Shown here piece after piece: positions 1 through 7,958 of a stretch of DNA of 32,000 nt (position 1 is the first letter of the stretch; the number at the start of each line of letters is the position of its first letter). The position numbers and the translations under genes were made by a program. This DNA comes from Haloquadratum walsbyi C23 (GTDB lineage Archaea > Halobacteriota > Halobacteria > Halobacteriales > Haloferacaceae). Location of the stretch: positions 1,110,001 to 1,142,000 of the forward strand of contig NC_017459.1 of NCBI RefSeq assembly GCF_000237865.1. The letters are read 5' to 3'. The notes under the pieces were generated by a model that worked only from the letters and a program-made list of their open reading frames with translations, ran no database searches and had not been told where the DNA came from.

Positions 1-140
1 CAGATATCCGGCATCTCTTTATCCGGGAGATTCTTCTGCCGACGAGCTTGCTTTATTAATGACGCTGGTGAGAAGACCGATTGCTCGTCGTAGGCTTTTG
101 CCCTCTGAAGTGGAAACTGTGAGGAGTGTTCGTCTGACAT
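1..140 (-). CDS. 5' part of an ORF running off the left edge; hypothetical protein
   Basis: ATG at 138-140 (minus strand) is followed by 46 stop-free codons to the window edge (MSDEHSSQFPLQRAKAYDEQSVFSPASLIKQARRQKNLPDKEMPDI...). Hand-translated. It is missing from the ORF track only because fewer than 60 aa lie in the window. No family recognised. Confidence 0.3.
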   Translation of the reverse strand, partial: MSDEHSSQFPLQRAKAYDEQSVFSPASLIKQARRQKNLPDKEMPDI

Positions 141-244
141 AGATAAAACTCCAGTTAAATGTTCAAAGACCCATCGCCATCACAAAATGAACCGATTGGT
201 GAACTATCCTGCCCACTTAGATCTACAGGCGGAACAGACCGAGT

Positions 245-1710
245 GCCTCGGGGCTTAATAGTACTCCATGAAACATTTTGAACCATCGGTCCTACGCAAC
301 AGTATCAGCAGCTACTCTATGACAAGATTTTGAATTGAATTCCTCAGTAAGTTTTCAGGAGCACCAGACCCCGAGGCGGTTCACAGCGGATTCTTGAAGC
401 AAGGACTTCGTAATTCTCAGATGCACTTTGTAGACACAACCGCAGCGTCCATTATTCGGAGTGCTTTTAGAGATTCTCGCAACTGTCATTGCTCTCGGAC
501 ATCTTCACGCCCCATTGCGTCTTGACAAGAGACAGAATCGATCCTCGCCACCCACGGTCACCGGGAGGCGGTTATCAGTAGACATAATTTCTATGTATGG
601 ACAGCTCTGCCAATATTAACAGTTCGGGGGGTCCCTATTTTATCAAAATCCCCTCGGGGTCAAGTGATCTGGGACGCTGGGGGGTGTCTCATCATCCAAA
701 GTGCGTTTCGCTCTCTCGAACGAGCATGAGGCACTCGACCTGCTCCGTCTGTAGAAAGATTACGGAGCAACCACCCGTGGTATGGCGATACTGTTTCTAC
801 TACCGGCTGGAGTACTGACTTGGTGCTGGCACTTCGGGTATGTCCACCAGACATGAACAGGATTTTCTCACATCCTCGCTCCGCGGCTGCGAGCGACATC
901 TCGTTGAGGTAGTGGTTCCGCAATGTCTCACAGACTTCACATCACGACGACCGGGAGAACGTCGCAGTCCCACGGCAAATGACCGCCCCGAATCCATCTG
1001 AGATCCTGAACGTCGAGGGGGTCTGCACCTCGTTGTCTCTCGCCGACCCCCTCACACAGCAGCAGATTGAGTTTTGTTTGACCCCACTGGTGGTCTCGTC
1101 TCGATCGCGATTACACGAGAGGGCTTGCGCGGAACGAGCGAATTCTTCTGGAATAGGTGTCTCGCAGTAGTTCCCACGCCTCGTATAATCGTTTCACACT
1201 CAGAGGAAATTCTCCCGATGGTATAGAAACTCGTCCGGCGCTACACTCGTCATCTCTTCACGGCGCAACCCAGCATAGCCCGTGCACCAAGCCGGAAGGC
1301 AATCTCTCACCTGAGGGACTTCGACTCACTAATGATGGCATCGACCTCGTCATTTTCGTCGGTCTGGTTTAACCGGACTCGCTTCCTGTTTCGTTCGTCG
1401 TAGTTGTCGAGTCGAATTTGGGATTAACCAGCTACGCCTACATATTAATCCATGCAAGACTACCCGTTCAGGGGCATCTGAGCGTTTGGTCGAGCCGAAT
1501 CAGTAGTGAATCGCCTCGGGGTCAAGTCCCGGAGTACTCGCTTTGCTTTCTCTGTAGGATTGGAAGAAATCATACCCCGGCGCTTAGCGGTCAGTATGAC
1601 TGTGGTCTCAGTGTAAAACCCCGCGTGTATATCATTGCGTATATGTCCTATTTTCGTTTTACAAGCGGTACGAGGCGAATGCCACGGGGCTTTGATGTGA
1701 CCCCGAGGCA
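245..1710. repeat. Cluster of short GCCTCGGGGTC-type motif copies in both orientations; probable relics of IS200/IS605 (IS1341-type) 3' ends or MITE-like fragments
   Basis: cctcgggg occurs at 246-253, 652-659 and 1514-1521 (+). The reverse complement ccccgagg occurs at 369-376 and 1701-1708. The copies at 652-665 and 1514-1527 both read cctcggggtcaagt. No convincing intact ORF covers this 1.7 kb. Confidence 0.4.
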
Positions 1711-1838
1711 CTTCACAGACAACTATATGTATTTTACATATAAGTGAGGCTACTCTGTATGTGTTCGAAGCGAGCGCAGATTGCGTCACTATCCGTGTGG
1801 ACGTGAGTCTCTTATCAAAAGACACAATCTCATGATCA

Positions 1839-2283
1839 ATAGCAACTCATGAGCTAATTGCCACACATATTAAATAAGAGTATAAATCCAAAATTGGAAG
1901 TAAAGTATGACATCGATAAATCAAAGTTAACTAATTAGTTAGAAATAGTACGCAACGAAGACTGAATGATAGATAACTAGTGGCAAGTGGAATTATATAA
2001 TTATTCTCCGGCGACTCTCAATTGCGATATCCGATATATCGAGATCTGAGTTGGTAGTTGGTAGTTGTATTTACTTCATCGTATCATATATTCTGTGGTG
2101 CTGTGTTCTTCTCTGCATCTCAAGAGAAGCATTCATTCACTAGTTGAGCGTGTTTGACTATCCGGGCTCCTGTCATTGTTTGGAATCATTAATCAAATTT
2201 TGTTCCTAATTAACTCATGACCAAGTTTGACCCAGAGAAATTAAATGATAAACCCGAACATTACTTCGAAGAGATTGAGCAGG
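1839..2283 (+). repeat. Left copy of a ~445-bp diverged direct repeat (candidate attL region) ending in a 29-bp core identical to 14905-14933
   Basis: Collinear by-eye alignment with 14490-14933 at an offset of 12650-12651 nt. Shared blocks include ctcatgag, gaagtaaa..ataaatcaa, ccgtatcatata, tccgggctcctgtca and ggaatcatt. The last 29 nt, cgaacattacttcgaagagattgagcagg (2255-2283), are identical in both copies. Similarity stops abruptly after it. Confidence 0.75.
2187..2194 (+). promoter_or_regulatory. TATA-box-like element about 27 nt upstream of the ATG at 2217 (would give a leaderless transcript)
   Basis: ggaatcattaatc is conserved with ggaatcatttaatg at the same distance from the ATG of the paralogous copy at 14867. 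Spacing and AT-rich hexamer fit haloarchaeal promoter architecture. No experimental support. Confidence 0.35.
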
Positions 2284-2561
2284 TGGACTTCTTTGCGGTA
2301 GCCCCTGACCGCGAGGATGAGCAAATAAGCGTCAAGACAACAGCAGTGAAACCTGATGACCTATGGACCGATATTAACGCCGAGGAGTTTGACCGAATAC
2401 TTGACCGCCTCACCGACCTTCTGACATCGGCCTATGTAATCACATACTGGACATCACTGTCCTCCGGAGAAACTGAGGAGGTCGAAATACTGTACGAACA
2501 TCCCACAGTTGGGGCTGGATATGACACCTGTCGTGTCTCGGTGTCAGAAGACGCTGGATGA
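2217..2561 (+). CDS. Chimeric small ORF: the first 22 codons are homologous to the conserved gene at 14867, the remaining 92 codons are unrelated
   Basis: MTKFDPEKLNDKPEHYFEEIEQ matches MTKFDPEKFDNKYEHYFEEIEQ of 14867..15208. Divergence begins exactly at the end of the 29-bp identical core (2283). ATG start. The C-terminal part is acidic with no recognised family. Confidence 0.55.
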   Translation: MTKFDPEKLNDKPEHYFEEIEQVDFFAVAPDREDEQISVKTTAVKPDDLWTDINAEEFDRILDRLTDLLTSAYVITYWTSLSSGETEEVEILYEHPTVGAGYDTCRVSVSEDAG

Positions 2562-2588
2562 CGGATGACGGATGACATTTTCTCGGAA

Positions 2589-3800
2589 TTAAATGGAATC
2601 AACCTCGCTGAGTGCCTCTGTAGTGACATCGCTTAGGTCCGTGTCCGCGGTCCTGGCGGAAACGTTCATCAACTTCAACATGCGAATACCGCTCACGAAC
2701 CATCTCCTCCGAGTTATCGAGGCAACAGGCAGCCACAGTATATCCGAATGCCTGGACGAAAACCTCACCCATCCCGCGGCTTCCGTGAGTCGCTGGAGTA
2801 TTGAGCGGGCGGCGTCCATCGTGGTCGACAGTGATTGTATATTCTTATTGAGTGCCAGTATGAGATCCTGAGCGTGCTCATCACGTAGCCCCTCAATTGC
2901 CTCCGATTGCTCCCCCCGGTCGGCTAACTCCTCCTACACGAACTCTGCGAGCGTCCGCTGATCGAGTATCGGAAACACGGGCTACCACTCCGCCGGCGGA
3001 TCTAGCAGTTTTCGGTAGCTGCGCAACGGGGAAATAACGGGATTGGGCATGGAGGCAGCATCCCACTGCTGCTTCTTCCGATAAACATCCATACTCCCGT
3101 CCTCGAGGTCGATGTCCTCCCATCGCACGCCACGGCGTCACGTCGGGATCACAGAGAAGCTCACCCACGCGGACAGCCGTGTACGCGAGGACGACCACGA
3201 GCACCCGGTCCCGGGTTGCCTTCAGCGCCGCGTACTGGGCTCGTTGCTTGTCGAGTTGGTCCACGTCATCGGGAAGGGGGTGTGGTGTATGCCTCGATGA
3301 CCTCACGCGCCTGCTCGTCGACGTGTCGGGTGAGTGGGTGGCGCTGCTCAGGCGTCCAGGCCTGCTGGTAACCAGGCTTCCGGCTGTCGTCAGGCAGCGG
3401 CGCGGTCGCACCCGCCCGCTGGGCGTAGTGTGCTTTGAGTTACCCTTCGTTGACGTACCAGCCACACCACGCCGAGATGTAGGCGTAGTAGGTCTGGACG
3501 GTGTTCTGCTCGAGCCCGTGATCGCCGGCGAGGTGGTGGACATACTCATGGAAGACTCGCTCGTCGAGGTCCTCGAAAGTCGGGTCACGGTCGATGTCCT
3601 TGGGAGTGATCCCGGTCCAATCGTCGTCGCCGCGCTCGACAAGGCCTACTCCGCAAATCGGGCGAGCTCGTGGGTGGCGTTCCGGCGGTAGTTCCCGCCC
3701 TCGCCGCCGCGACTTTTTCCTTACCCTTGTCCTGGAGATAGCGCTCGAAGGAACTCCGTAACGGCCGTGCTGCGGGTTCCTGTCCGATGGTATCGTCGAT
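2589..3800 (-). pseudogene. Tyrosine recombinase (phage-integrase family), disrupted by several frameshifts and stops
   Basis: Integrase-like pieces sit in different minus-strand frames. One is SFERYLQDKGKEK (N-terminus, homologous to the stub at 10080..10331, with a 30-nt identical stretch at 3676-3705 = 10209-10238). Another is ...ATRDRVLVVVLAYTAVRVGEL (Arg box, in ORF 2893..3642). Others are RWEDIDLEDGSMDVYRKKQQWDA, GEVFVQAFGYTVAACCLDNSEEMVRERYSHVEVDE (catalytic Tyr region) and a tail LSDVTTEALSEVDSI (ORF 2589..2819). In-frame stops seen by hand translation. Confidence 0.8.
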
Positions 3801-4155
3801 TATGCGGAATCAGGTTCCTCCGAATCGTCCAAGTATGAGATTGTAGCCGACATAACCTGGTCGGTGAATTCGTCGGTGACCGAGCCCTGCCGGTCGGCGA
3901 CGTGGTGATCGTCTTTCAGCGTCGCGACCGTCCACGGCAATATGAAAATCTGCTGGCCGGGTTCCCCACGGATCCATGCCTCGCTCGGCACGGCGAAGTT
4001 GCCGAGGTGGTGAGATTGCGTCGCAAACGCGACGGCAATCGATTCCTCATCGGAATAAGGCATCTGCTCGCCGGAGACGACCAGCCATGGGCGAGGGTTC
4101 CCACCATCCGTTTTGAATGGATCGGGACCCAGACGACGGTTCCGCGTTCAGCCAT
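3800..4155 (-). pseudogene. PemK/MazF-like toxin with a 1-nt frameshift near the N-terminus
   Basis: ATG at 4153-4155 gives MAERGTVVWV. The next frame gives PDPFKTDGGNPRPWLVVSGEQ, joining ORF 3800..4063 (MPYSDEESIAVAFATQSHHLGNFAVPSEAWIRGEPGQQIFILPWTVATLKDDHHVADRQGSVTDEFTDQVMSATISYL). Joined, this looks like a haloarchaeal PemK/MazF-type toxin. One missing C in gtcccgatcc would restore the frame. Confidence 0.6.
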
Positions 4156-4161
4156 CCAGAA

Positions 4162-4287
4162 TCACGACTCTTCGTCATCTTGCTCGGTTGTTGAATCGAT
4201 AGAGCCAACGGCGGTCTCCATCCAAGCCTCGACATCGTCGTCGGAGAACCTGGCTTCAATGTCGTTGGCTGTGGTGGCACCGTGCAT
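4162..4287 (-). CDS. 41-aa acidic ORF directly upstream of the MazF-like gene; candidate antitoxin
   Basis: Hand translation: MHGATTANDIEARFSDDDVEAWMETAVGSIDSTTEQDDEES. The stop lies 6 nt before the MazF-like ATG. The argument is positional only. Confidence 0.35.
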   Translation of the reverse strand: MHGATTANDIEARFSDDDVEAWMETAVGSIDSTTEQDDEES

Positions 4288-4327
4288 CCCTGTTGGGTGC
4301 GACCGCGTGTTCGGGGTCAGCGATGGT

Positions 4328-4561
4328 CTAGAACCGGTCGCGGTGTTCGACGAGGTCGTATTCTTCGAGCCGCTTCAGCGTGGGACCGACGCTTCTCTCG
4401 GGCACGTCGACGGTGTCGACAATCTCCCGCTGGCGAAATGCCTGGTCGGCGTGCTTGAGGAGGAAACGATAGACCGCACCCTGGGCGGTATCCGGCGCAA
4501 GGTCGGGAAGCGAGGGGCCGTCCTCGTCGATAGACCGGAAGTCCTCTTTCGAGATGACCAT
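4328..4561 (-). CDS. Small winged-helix (MarR/ArsR-like) DNA-binding protein, possibly C-terminally truncated
   Basis: ATG start. MVISKEDFRSIDEDGPSLPDLAPDTAQGAVYRFLLKHADQAFRQREIVDTVDVPERSVGPTLKRLEEYDLVEHRDRF has the recognition-helix/wing pattern of wHTH regulators. A decayed paralog sits at 11353..11550, and the 5' flank is shared (4582-4604 vs 11568-11590). Confidence 0.6.
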   Translation of the reverse strand: MVISKEDFRSIDEDGPSLPDLAPDTAQGAVYRFLLKHADQAFRQREIVDTVDVPERSVGPTLKRLEEYDLVEHRDRF

Positions 4562-4675
4562 CTCGAGTATTGCCTTGTATGAGAAGCTATTAGATCTTAT
4601 CGACGGAGGTCTCGACGAACACGATGGTAGTTATTGCGCGCCGTCGACAGTCTCCACCTGTCCCTCGAATCTGTG

Positions 4676-5203
4676 TTATCGAAACTCGTCTGGTGTGATC
4701 GTTTCGAGATACTCGACGCTGACGTACCGGAATTCGATATGGTCGCTGAAGCCATATTGAGGGAGAAGCATCTTTGCTGCCCGTCCCGCCGGTTTGTCGG
4801 TTGTCAAGAGAACAACGTGGTCTGCCTGCCCAGTATCGAGTACCTGAGCAGCAGGCCCCACGAGTGCCGTGTCAGCTTTTTCGATGATATCCTCGTCGCG
4901 GTCGGTCTCGTTGGCGATAACTCGCCGTGCGTCGTCCATCACCGTCGAGACGAGCGGATTGGCATAGTCGAGTTCGTCGGCGACGATGATCCACCCCTCC
5001 TCGAATCCATCGGGATAGGGAATGTTCCCTGAGGGGTACCCCTCGGCTGCAGGATCGCCCCCGAGCTCTTCGTAGACGCGCTGTGGAATACGCAACGAAA
5101 CACCAGCCTGTTGGAGGGTCCGACGGAGTCGTTGAAATTTATCCTTATCCGGTCCACCACACCGGACGAAGACGCCGGTATCAGCGATATAGACTGTCGT
5201 CAT
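4676..5203 (-). CDS. PIN-domain-like protein, downstream member of an HTH+PIN pair
   Basis: ATG start. N-terminal VYIADTGVF, then VYEEL, TDRDEDIIEKAD and LLTTDK give the spaced acidic residues expected for a PIN fold. Its ATG overlaps the stop of the upstream gene (ATGA at 5200-5203). Paralog at 9066..9434. Confidence 0.65.
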   Translation of the reverse strand: MTTVYIADTGVFVRCGGPDKDKFQRLRRTLQQAGVSLRIPQRVYEELGGDPAAEGYPSGNIPYPDGFEEGWIIVADELDYANPLVSTVMDDARRVIANETDRDEDIIEKADTALVGPAAQVLDTGQADHVVLLTTDKPAGRAAKMLLPQYGFSDHIEFRYVSVEYLETITPDEFR

Positions 5204-5736
5204 ACAACCGCGTCGGCGTACTCAGACACAACCGGTTCCAGCGCCTGAAGAATAATCTCGGCTTCAAGCGGTGAAAGATCAAGTTCCCGGGCTGCAATCC
5301 GGTGGTTGACCGTACCATCGACGTACTCGTAGGCGTACTTGAGCACGACAGCAAGACCGTCAAGACCGTGACGCTCAATGTAGACATCAATATCCTCATC
5401 CTCATCACGACGGGCAACGGCGGCGATAAGTGCAGGCGTGATTGTTTGGGTTTCTTTGTCCGTCGAGAGTGTGAGTGCAATCGACTCGGCGTCGTATTCG
5501 TACGGGCGCTGCTTACGGGTTTTCTCCACTAAGCCAGCTGCTTGGAGGTTCTGCACGTAGTCGTAGGCGGTCCCCTGTGGAATGCCGAGTTCGTTGACAA
5601 GCTCGGACACGGTGATTGGACCGTGCTGCAAGATGTGGGCGTACAGCCGAGAAAGCGCCGGCTTTTCGAGGAGGTCGGCGACCGTCTGAAGCTGCTGAAT
5701 CGGTGGTCGATCTGATCGGGACGGTGATTGCGCCAT
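5200..5736 (-). CDS. HTH (TrmB/ArsR-like) DNA-binding protein with a C-terminal extension, upstream member of an HTH+PIN pair
   Basis: ATG start. Contains LYAHILQHGPITVSELVNELGIPQGTAYDYVQNLQAAGLV (wHTH). It shares VADLLE.P.L..LYA, GTAY.YV, ITPALI.AV, DIDxYIxRHG and SPL.AE.ILQAL.PVV with the paralog at 9431..10030. Confidence 0.7.
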   Translation of the reverse strand: MAQSPSRSDRPPIQQLQTVADLLEKPALSRLYAHILQHGPITVSELVNELGIPQGTAYDYVQNLQAAGLVEKTRKQRPYEYDAESIALTLSTDKETQTITPALIAAVARRDEDEDIDVYIERHGLDGLAVVLKYAYEYVDGTVNHRIAARELDLSPLEAEIILQALEPVVSEYADAVV

Positions 5737-5745
5737 CTCAGTTAT

Positions 5746-5761
5746 GAATTATCGATAATTC
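5746..5761. promoter_or_regulatory. Perfect 16-bp palindrome GAATTATCGATAATTC 10 nt upstream of the HTH gene start; operator-like
   Basis: Read directly: gaattatcgataattc equals its own reverse complement. It lies in the AT-rich stretch just 5' of the ATG at 5736 (minus strand). Its function is inferred. Confidence 0.35.
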
Positions 5762-6112
5762 AAAATAAGACTTCCGACAATAGAGCGGAACTCGCAACCG
5801 ATCCGGCTCCCGCTGAGAGTCAGTTGCTCGCAGCGGCTTTACCCCGGTGACAGCGGCTTCATAAGGCGGTTGCAGCATCCATGCTCCCTTGATGGCGGCG
5901 GGGAAATTCAAAGTGACCTGATTACTATTCTAATTACAACAAAATGGTATCAGCCCAAAGTGCCAGCTTTTCGGGTCTACAAGCCCTAATAAGCCAAATC
6001 ACATATCGCTATACCAAAACTGAGCCGGCGGTCTCAGCTGAGTCCACCGTACTGAGGAGGAATCCGGCATCTCTGAGGCTGCTATTAAGATGTTCTAGAA
6101 TAGTACTCTATT

Positions 6113-6682
6113 TTAGCTGAGCATAGAGGGTCGCGTTCGGATCACCGCCTTGATGCGGGACGGACATCCGTTAGCTGTTGACCTCGGCAGGCTCTGTCGT
6201 CGGAGCGAGGAAGTCCCATTCGCGGATGGCGAAGCCAACGATCTGGATACGTCGCTGAAGATGTCCCCACTCACGGGCAATACGTCGATGCTGGTCGTGT
6301 TGGGGTGGTTGAGGACGGCGCGGTACTGAATGCTGATGTCGACGTAGTGGGTTGGGTAGTGGTCCTGCTGAGATTCGTGATGCTCGCGAATCTCGAATTC
6401 GATGCCTGAACGGTCGGCAATCGTATCGAGGACCGCTCGGAGCTCCTGTTTGGACCCCCGGTACTCTCCTTCGACGTCAAAATCGAGGTCTTCCGAAAAT
6501 CGCCACGACTGCGGGAAATACAGCTTGGACAGCGCGGTCCCGCCTTTGAACAGGAGGTTGTCGCCGTAGCCGCTCGTGAAGATGCCCCAGAGGAGCCACG
6601 AATTAACGTAGTTCTTCTCGGCGTACCCTTGCCGAACGCCCAGTTCGCGAGCGAGAATCCGGAGCCGGTCCTGACTGATCAT
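6113..6682 (-). pseudogene. abiEii: AbiEii/AbiGii-family nucleotidyltransferase toxin, C-terminally frameshifted or truncated
   Basis: N-terminal 140 aa carry the family pattern: AEKNYVNSWLLWGI, LLFKGGTALSKLY and RFSEDLDFDV. After ...NTTSIDV the frame becomes low-complexity (SLASPSANGTSSLRRQSLPRS). At 189 aa it is shorter than my recollection of this family (roughly 250-300 aa). Confidence 0.7.
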
Positions 6683-6687
6683 CGCGA

Positions 6688-7161
6688 TCAGGACTCCGCC
6701 GGCTCCAGCATGGCTGGCTCGACGTTGATTCGGAGGCGATACGTACTGTCGGTCGATCCGGTGTCGGGCCGCGTCGGGTCCAACAGGGAGTACCCACTCG
6801 TGAACGACGCGACGAGGTCCTCGCGGGCGGGGAGGTCGATGCCGAGCTGGTCGGCGAGGTAGACGATCCGTTTGGTCGCAGCGCCGTTGTCGAGGCGCTC
6901 GAGGTACTCGCCGACAGTGCCCCAGTCACAATCCCGTTCGTCGGCAGTACGCATCGCAGTCGCAAGTTCCCGAAGGCCACCACAGAACTCGGGGTGGTCC
7001 GTACAGTCGACCAGCGTCTTCTCTAGGTCGCTGACCTGCACGGTCGTACCCTCGATCGAGGTCGGCTCACAGCCGAAGAATTTCTGCTCGGTGACTGTCG
7101 TGACGCGGTACGGGACGCCGTGGATCTCTCGGCTTTGTGTTCGGGTCGGCGTGACGACGCG
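6688..7161 (-). pseudogene. abiEi: AbiEi-family antitoxin, N-terminally truncated (no start codon; wHTH part missing)
   Basis: The frame is open from the in-frame TAG at 7162-7164 down to the stop at 6688. Translation: ...REIHGVPYRVTTVTEQKFFGCEPTSIEGTTVQVSDLEKTLVDCTDHPEFCGGLRELATAM... This matches the C-terminal domain pattern of AbiEi. It lies 5 nt upstream of abiEii. Confidence 0.65.
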
Positions 7162-7174
7162 CTACCAGCCGGAC

Positions 7175-7498
7175 TACACGCGCCTGCTCTTCGAGGAGAT
7201 CCGCACGCTCATTGAGGAAAACACCCGCGAGGAGCTGCGCAACGAATTGGCCGCGATCACCGAAGAGATCGAGGAGTGGCAGGCGACCTACGATGTCGAG
7301 ACGTGGGAAGAGCTCGAACAGTCGCTTGCTGATGGCCATCTCGCAAGTGACGAACTTCACGAACGCCGTGACGTGATTACACGCTGGGAAGAGAATCTGG
7401 AGGACCGTCGCCTCATCAAGCACGCGTTGGTGCTCTACTCGGATGTCGAAGCTGCTCGCGAGCAGATGAGGAACGTGGCTGACCGCGCCATGCGATAA
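7175..7498 (+). pseudogene. C-terminal fragment of a coiled-coil HTH-family protein, paralog of 7955..8467
   Basis: TRLLFEEIRTLIEENTREELRNELAAITEEIEEWQATYDVETWEELEQSL aligns with RVLMSRIRELREEVDRPELLDSIQEMKAEIRRYEDQYDVVSPEELAQQL of the intact paralog. The N-terminal HTH half is absent. Upstream in-frame sequence (6872-7170) is antisense to abiEi. Confidence 0.55.
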
Positions 7499-7505
7499 TG
7501 CCGCC

Positions 7506-7958
7506 TTACGGCGGGTTTGATGCGCTATTTAACTGGTCGACGTTGTTTTCCTCGTACGCTGCCCGCCACATTGCGTGGACGGCACGTGTCACGAGTGAGA
7601 CCTCAGTCACGTCGATACACGACGGTTCGACGTCCGTCGTTGCGGCCGCAGGCGGGGGATGGAAATGAATCTCGGGCGAGTGTGTGTTCGGGTGACGATC
7701 GAAGCGCCAATTGACATCGTCGGTATCGACGTAATGGAACGAATACATCCCCAGTTCGCTCCACTGGATATCGAGCCGAGCGCTCTCGGCATCGGCGAGC
7801 CCATCGCTGAAACTGATCTGCAGTCCCGTGGGAGCGACGACGTCGTCGTATGCCGTTTCGTCGACGAGCGGTTCGAGGTCGAGCCAGAGGTCACGAATCC
7901 GCTGGAGTGCCGGAAGATAGATCGGCCCGAACTCGCCGGCGCGGTCGTCGTCGCTCAT
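7506..7958 (-). CDS. Hypothetical protein resembling DUF6516/TumE-type toxins (tentative)
   Basis: Preferred start is the ATG at 7956-7958 (MSDDDRAGEF...), which overlaps the upstream stop as ATGA. The pattern MYSFHYVDTDDVNWRFDRHPNTHSPEIHFHPPP recalls the His-rich core of DUF6516/TumE proteins. This is recollection, not a search. Confidence 0.55.
   Translation of the reverse strand: MSDDDRAGEFGPIYLPALQRIRDLWLDLEPLVDETAYDDVVAPTGLQISFSDGLADAESARLDIQWSELGMYSFHYVDTDDVNWRFDRHPNTHSPEIHFHPPPAAATTDVEPSCIDVTEVSLVTRAVHAMWRAAYEENNVDQLNSASNPP

Noticed and set aside
6-18. 12-13 nt match atccggcatctct with 6062-6074
   Set aside because: Dozens of 12-mer matches are expected by chance in a 32-kb window when both strands are considered, and the similarity does not extend further.
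3179-3691. Long + strand ORF (170 aa), with similar ones at 3902..4582, 7850..8488, 9001..9506 and 9506..10018
   Set aside because: All lie antisense to recognisable minus-strand genes or pseudogenes in the high-GC block. Their translations are Arg/Gly/Val-rich with low complexity and no motifs. These are typical shadow ORFs of GC-rich DNA.
6872-7170. N-terminal two-fifths of the 208-aa + strand ORF 6872..7498
   Set aside because: This part is antisense to abiEi and looks like a shadow frame. Only the segment from about 7175 on aligns to the paralog 7955..8467.
7501-7514. Short hairpin ccgcc-ttac-ggcgg between convergent genes, considered as a terminator
   Set aside because: Only 5 bp, and it overlaps the stop codon of 7506..7958. 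Haloarchaeal termination mainly uses T-tracts. Not distinguishable from chance.
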